Shown here piece by piece: positions 59,573 through 64,000 of a stretch of 64,000 nucleotides of DNA. The first letter of the stretch is position 1; each line of letters starts with the position of its first letter. The stretch is from a virus: IMG/VR virus record IMGVR_UViG_3300032326_002451, positions 32,001-96,000 of that record. One strand, given 5' to 3'. Under the pieces are notes generated by a model, which was not told the DNA's origin, did no database searches, and saw only the letters and a program-made list of their open reading frames with translations. Made by a program: the position numbers and the translations under genes.

Positions 59573-60916
59573 ATGACAAAAAGAAAGAATCAAATTGTTT
59601 GTGTTTTTTGTGGAGACAACGCTTCAAGACAAATAGCAGAAAAATTGGAATATTTCTCACCTAAAAACCGTGATGTTTATTTATGCGAAAAGTGTTTTAA
59701 TAGTTTTTCAGCCGGGACTGTTATGGGGCAGTTCCAATTAAATAATAAAATTTTATCTTTGATTGCCTCTGTAGATGACGATGAAACAGTTACAAATTTA
59801 AAAAATAAAATTGCTGAATATGCTCCTGCTTCAAAATACTCTGTAGCAAAACAAACTATGTCCAGGGCTAAAATCGCTCCTACAGACATTTATGATTTTT
59901 TGTGCACTAATGTTATCGGTCAAGAAAATGCAAAGAAGAAAATTTCTCTAACTGTTTATGAGCATGTCAGAAATGCTTATAAATCAGATTTAAATGACAA
60001 ACATAATATTTTATTTTTAGGTCCATCTGGCAGTGGAAAAACTTTAATAGTGAATAGCATTGCTAAAAAGTTAGATGTACCATATGTTTCCACCGATGCC
60101 ACTTCTTTTTCGCCTACTGGATTTCAAGGAGCTGATGCAGATACCTGTATACACGACTTGTACTTCAAATCAGATTATGATTCAGATTTAGCTCAAAAGG
60201 GTGTAGTGTTCATAGATGAGATAGATAAGTTAGCATCTCAGAATACAGGAACAAGATTAGAAAGTTTTAATTATTCAACTCAGAGCACCTTGTTGAAAAT
60301 GATTGAAGGTAAAAAAATAAAGATACCTGCCCAGTTGACGGGTGATGCTCCTGGCCCTGTGTATGTTGATACTTCTAAAATATTGTTCTGGTTTGGTGGT
60401 GCTTTCAATGGGCTTGAGAATGTAATAGGTAAAAAACAAGGATTTTCTGGCAAATCAATTGGTTTTAGAAATAATGGTGATGAAGAATACGATATCAAAA
60501 TGAGAATTTATGATATGTATCAAAATCTTTCTCAAGATGTTTTGGCAGAAAGTTTAATCGAATATGGCCTGTCAACTGAACTTGTTGGAAGAATTCAAAC
60601 TATTGTACCATTGAGGCCATTAAACAAAGAAGAATTGCTTTCATGCCTTTTGAGTCTTGCAGATAGTCCTATTAGAAAAAATAAAATCATGTTTGCAGAA
60701 TCTAATTTGGAACTTGATTTTACTGAAGACTACTATGATGAAGTAATTGAGAAAGCGGTAAAAACTGGTACAGGGGTAAGAGCTTTGAATTCTATTGTTA
60801 AGTCTTCTTTGTCCAGTGCTGCTTTTCAATATTTAGGATTGCAGACAGTCAAGTCAAAGCGAATTATTATCAACAAAGATTGTGTTGATGATCCCAATAA
60901 GTTTGATGTCTTTTAA
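59573..60916 (+). CDS. clpX: ClpX-like AAA+ unfoldase
   Basis: N-terminal CxxC...CxxC zinc domain, VIGQE.AK, GPSGSGKT, FIDEIDK, GGAF.GL, IGF loop, ELVGR, TGVRAL. Confidence 0.9.
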   Translation: MTKRKNQIVCVFCGDNASRQIAEKLEYFSPKNRDVYLCEKCFNSFSAGTVMGQFQLNNKILSLIASVDDDETVTNLKNKIAEYAPASKYSVAKQTMSRAKIAPTDIYDFLCTNVIGQENAKKKISLTVYEHVRNAYKSDLNDKHNILFLGPSGSGKTLIVNSIAKKLDVPYVSTDATSFSPTGFQGADADTCIHDLYFKSDYDSDLAQKGVVFIDEIDKLASQNTGTRLESFNYSTQSTLLKMIEGKKIKIPAQLTGDAPGPVYVDTSKILFWFGGAFNGLENVIGKKQGFSGKSIGFRNNGDEEYDIKMRIYDMYQNLSQDVLAESLIEYGLSTELVGRIQTIVPLRPLNKEELLSCLLSLADSPIRKNKIMFAESNLELDFTEDYYDEVIEKAVKTGTGVRALNSIVKSSLSSAAFQYLGLQTVKSKRIIINKDCVDDPNKFDVF

Positions 60917-60950
60917 AGGATTTGCCTACCTTAAATATAAAATATATAAG
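60917..60950 (+). promoter_or_regulatory. Putative phage promoter AGG-N17-ATAAAA(TATATAA)
   Basis: AAGGATT-N14-ATAAAATATATAA; matches the site at 31984-32009. Confidence 0.55.
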
Positions 60951-60951
60951 T

Positions 60952-62034
60952 ATGCATTATCAAAATCCCGAAAACCTAATACAACAAGCCTTGGAAATTC
61001 ATAAAGAAAATACAAGGCTTGTTCGTTTAGCTGCACCACCAGCAGATTATAATTTTTGCGATCAGTGGTTTCAGCTACAAACCAATCCTGAAATGATAAG
61101 ACTTAAAGCCACATTAGCTTTTATGCCAGCAAGAGGATTTGTTAGATGGTGGTCAGAGTTATATAATGCTACAGACAGAATTAGAGAAATTAGAAGTATT
61201 TTTGATACTGATATAGTGCCAAATGAAACCTTGAGAGAGTTTGGATTAGATCGAAGCTATGCTAACTTTCCCTTTGATTCCACTCATCCTAATGGCATAG
61301 ACCCAGCGGTTTGGCAAAGAATAGATGACAAATTAAATTTATTGTGTCGATATTTATTTGTATGGACATTCCGTGTAGCAATGGCTGGAGATACAGCAAA
61401 CTACACAAGATTTTTGAGAGACTATCCCGATCCAAATGTTTCTCAAGCACAACCACTAACACCAGAAATCAAACTTGATCAACTTATAGAAAAGAAAATA
61501 CCTAATGATTTGTTAAAAGAATATAAAATTAACAAGCCAAATGCTGCGTATATAGATTCATTGCCATATATAAAAAATGAAGTAACTAAATTCTTTTTAA
61601 ACTCATTTCCTTTCGACCAAGATGGAAATATAGCCAGAAGTCATTTTTTGAAAAAAATGCCAGCCAAGCGTTTTAATTTTGATGAATATTGGAATTCATT
61701 GATGGGTATGTATTCAAATGTTGATGAAATAAGAAATGTACTTGATTCTGATGTTACTTTAGATACTTCATCAGGTGGTCCTGCTGCTTCAAAATTGAAA
61801 GAATTAGGAACAATTTCAGGATCTTCAAATGCAAATGTTGATGATATTCATGCAAAATTAGAGCAATTGATCAATTCTATCAGAGTACATGAAGTTAATA
61901 GTTTGAAAGAAAGATGGGTGAAAATATTTGGCGGATTGTCAAAAGTTACTAAGCCATTCCTTGATGTATATCAAACATCATTAAATTTGCAAGGAGCATT
62001 AGGGTCATCTTTGAGGAGAGATAGATATGTCTAA
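60952..62034 (+). CDS. Hypothetical helical protein (putative internal head protein)
   Basis: ATG at 60952 preferred to TTG at 60922; LVRLAA motif near the N-terminus. Confidence 0.6.
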   Translation: MHYQNPENLIQQALEIHKENTRLVRLAAPPADYNFCDQWFQLQTNPEMIRLKATLAFMPARGFVRWWSELYNATDRIREIRSIFDTDIVPNETLREFGLDRSYANFPFDSTHPNGIDPAVWQRIDDKLNLLCRYLFVWTFRVAMAGDTANYTRFLRDYPDPNVSQAQPLTPEIKLDQLIEKKIPNDLLKEYKINKPNAAYIDSLPYIKNEVTKFFLNSFPFDQDGNIARSHFLKKMPAKRFNFDEYWNSLMGMYSNVDEIRNVLDSDVTLDTSSGGPAASKLKELGTISGSSNANVDDIHAKLEQLINSIRVHEVNSLKERWVKIFGGLSKVTKPFLDVYQTSLNLQGALGSSLRRDRYV

Positions 62035-62605
62035 ATTTGTAAAAGTTGCAGCACTACCAGCAATTGATTTTTCTAAAATTGCTTTTTCAATGTTCAAGAG
62101 CTTTCCAATGATTCAAAGTGCCTTGAAAACAATGTTCCCTGGTGCAATAAACTGGTTAGATCCTATAGAAGTTACTAATAAATTTCTCCAAGCTTTACAA
62201 GATCCAGAGTTCCAAGATTTGGCTGTTACATTAGCTCAACAATTTATTTCTCATAGGGGTCAAAAATTAAACATAAATGAAAGAGATATGTTTAAGAATT
62301 ACGACTACTATTATAAAACCAAAGGCACAGCACTTCCTGGTATGAGCCAAAATCTTATGCCAACTATTGGAGCTGGTGCATATCAAGCAACTACTGGCCA
62401 ATTGCCAAAAAAAGAAATTGTTCCAACAAAAAGTTTCAATTCAATCATGAATGAGATCAAGGCTATCACCTCTGAAATTGGTTTTCAAACATTAGATCCA
62501 GCTGCAAAAAGAAAAATCTTATCAAACAAAATCAGTGAATATACAAGAGAGTTAGCACCTTTCAGAGAATATCTTAAAAAGAACTTCCCAGTCTTTTCAA
62601 ATTAA
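62027..62605 (+). CDS. Hypothetical protein (putative internal head protein)
   Basis: MSKFVKVAA start; SD GAGGAG. Confidence 0.65.
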   Translation: MSKFVKVAALPAIDFSKIAFSMFKSFPMIQSALKTMFPGAINWLDPIEVTNKFLQALQDPEFQDLAVTLAQQFISHRGQKLNINERDMFKNYDYYYKTKGTALPGMSQNLMPTIGAGAYQATTGQLPKKEIVPTKSFNSIMNEIKAITSEIGFQTLDPAAKRKILSNKISEYTRELAPFREYLKKNFPVFSN

Positions 62606-62609
62606 TACA

Positions 62610-63302
62610 ATGAAAACAGATTATATAAAACTTGCACAATTTTTAGACAAAATTGGAAAATACAAACAAGCTGACAATATTGAGAAATATCTAAAAACAG
62701 CTCAATTTTCTGCTCCAACCTATCAATCTGGTGGGCCTAAAAATCCATACACAGGTTACTTAGATGCTACAGCTATGGGAAGACAACAAGCTGGATTTGG
62801 AGCTGGACTTCAACAAGGCATAGGTAGAGAATCTGGTATTGTTGGATTTTTGCCTTTGACTCCTGATCAGATGCAACAAATGACACCTCAAGATATATTC
62901 AATTATAATACTTCTTTAGGTGAACAACTTGTACAAGATGCTCAGCAATATACAGGGCCAAGTAAATTTCAACAAATTATTACTATGATTGCTCAAAGAC
63001 TTCAAGCTGCAACCCCTGAAAACAAATCACAGATATATCAACAATCTTTAGAAGAGTTAATATCATCAGAGTTGAGCAATTTAGTCATGAATGGAACTCC
63101 TCAAAACTTAAATCTTAGTCTGCAAAACTTAAGAATGTTAAATTTGCCAGAAGTTTTTAGTAGAACTGTGCCTCAAGCAATTCAATTTGCTCTACAGTCA
63201 ATGTCTATGGATGCAAATCCTGATGTCAAGAAAAGATATAATGATTTTGTTAATGATCCAGTTGTGAGACAATACGCACCAGGCTTTTCTCCAATCCAAT
63301 AA
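62610..63302 (+). CDS. Gln-rich hypothetical protein with N-terminal IKLAQFLDKIGKYKQAD...KTAQ motif
   Basis: 230 aa; motif shared with 56378 and 46823. Confidence 0.65.
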   Translation: MKTDYIKLAQFLDKIGKYKQADNIEKYLKTAQFSAPTYQSGGPKNPYTGYLDATAMGRQQAGFGAGLQQGIGRESGIVGFLPLTPDQMQQMTPQDIFNYNTSLGEQLVQDAQQYTGPSKFQQIITMIAQRLQAATPENKSQIYQQSLEELISSELSNLVMNGTPQNLNLSLQNLRMLNLPEVFSRTVPQAIQFALQSMSMDANPDVKKRYNDFVNDPVVRQYAPGFSPIQ

Positions 63303-63318
63303 TCAGTATAAATAGTGT

Positions 63319-64000
63319 ATGACTGAAAAATGCCCTGTTTATCTTGGAAATAATTGCGTATTAAAATCTTTATTTACAAAACAATTTAATTCTAAAATAT
63401 TTAGTGTTGAATTAAATCAATTAGAAGAAAGATATCCATCTAATTGTGAAGGTTTAATATCTAAATGCTGCTTTGCAAAACAAGAAGAAATTCAAGAACA
63501 TAAAACAGAATCTGATTCAAAAGAAACTGTTGAAGAAGTAGCTGAAGAAGTAGCTGAAGAAGTTGTTGAAGAATCACCAAAAGTAAAAGTTAGCATTCAC
63601 CAGATAGAAAATCCATATTTGGTAAAGGCTGATGTCTTAGTTTATCCATCAAATAATGTCCTTACTATTGATGACGCATTATTAAATAGATTGTCATATG
63701 GAAAAATACAACAAGAATGTGACAAAATTAAAAAACCAATTAATATGGGCTCTGTCTATACAACTTCAAATGGTGGGGAAAATTCAAAAGTACAAGCAAA
63801 AAAAGTTTACCATGCTGTTGTAGCTGGCGAATCAAGACTTGTAAATGAAGCTGATATCAAGCTTGCAATTAGAAAAGCTTTACATTTAGCTAACGAATCT
63901 AAAGTTCGTAATATTGTAATGCTGCCGCCTGATTGTGGAACTCATGATATTCAAGATGCTGCAAGGGTTCATCTATCCTCTATTTTAACTTTTATGCAGT
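63319..64000 (+). CDS. Partial CDS: degenerate macrodomain protein
   Basis: Open to the window end and not in the ORF track. ADVLVYPSN, G.IQQEC, G.V.TT..G, AKKVYHAV and AL.LA....VRNIVM follow the macro fold. N-terminal Cys cluster and EEVA linker. Confidence 0.75.
   Translation, partial: MTEKCPVYLGNNCVLKSLFTKQFNSKIFSVELNQLEERYPSNCEGLISKCCFAKQEEIQEHKTESDSKETVEEVAEEVAEEVVEESPKVKVSIHQIENPYLVKADVLVYPSNNVLTIDDALLNRLSYGKIQQECDKIKKPINMGSVYTTSNGGENSKVQAKKVYHAVVAGESRLVNEADIKLAIRKALHLANESKVRNIVMLPPDCGTHDIQDAARVHLSSILTFMQ
63529..63573 (+). repeat. Imperfect 12-bp tandem repeat encoding (V/A)EEV linker
   Basis: gttgaagaagta gctgaagaagta gctgaagaagtt gttgaagaa. Confidence 0.7.

Noticed and set aside
2882-60829. 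Numerous 60-115-aa ORFs antisense or out of frame within long genes
   Set aside because: They are fully nested in well-supported CDSs with no RBS or motifs, as expected of shadow ORFs.
1-64000. Alternative genetic code, eukaryotic giant virus, or bacterial chromosome
   Set aside because: TAA, TAG and TGA all end genes and coding density is high under code 11. SD sites, TTG/GTG starts and a bacterial gyrase argue against an NCLDV. Divergent chaperones interleaved with virion genes and no cellular operons argue against a chromosome.

Overview
AT-rich, densely coded segment best explained as part of a jumbo/huge tailed bacteriophage genome. It has bacterial-type RBSs, TTG/GTG starts, TAATG/ATGA gene overlaps and standard code 11, with no cellular housekeeping operons. 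1-21.9 kb (+): giant virion/adsorption proteins of about 1.0-2.8 kaa built from Ig-like, SwmB-like, PA14, beta-propeller and VWA modules. 21.9-30.8 kb (+): subtilisin, signal peptidase I, trypsin/HtrA-like protease, DnaJ, SF2 helicase, DnaK, MerC-like and BFN-like genes. 30.9-42 kb (-): two tail-tube-like paralogues and a three-gene module. That module encodes a 197-aa subunit, an 80-aa protein ending in one repeat-like unit, and a 2570-aa protein of roughly 75-80 ~22-aa repeats with two lectin-like domains; it may be a ruler-templated filament. 42-64 kb: GyrA/GyrB gyrase, a 1952-aa repeat fibre protein, PIN-PhoH, a J-domain protein, a GH73 muralytic enzyme, ClpX, a degenerate macrodomain, and several otherwise unrelated proteins sharing an apparent capsid-targeting/propeptide motif. 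Two promoter classes are visible: an AGG-N17-(A/T-rich, RAA) motif resembling sigma-H promoters, and -10 boxes 6-7 nt before the ATG (leaderless). Two small ORFs missing from the ORF track are also present. No tRNA, rRNA, CRISPR array or IS element was recognised. All family calls come from motif recognition by eye, not database searches.
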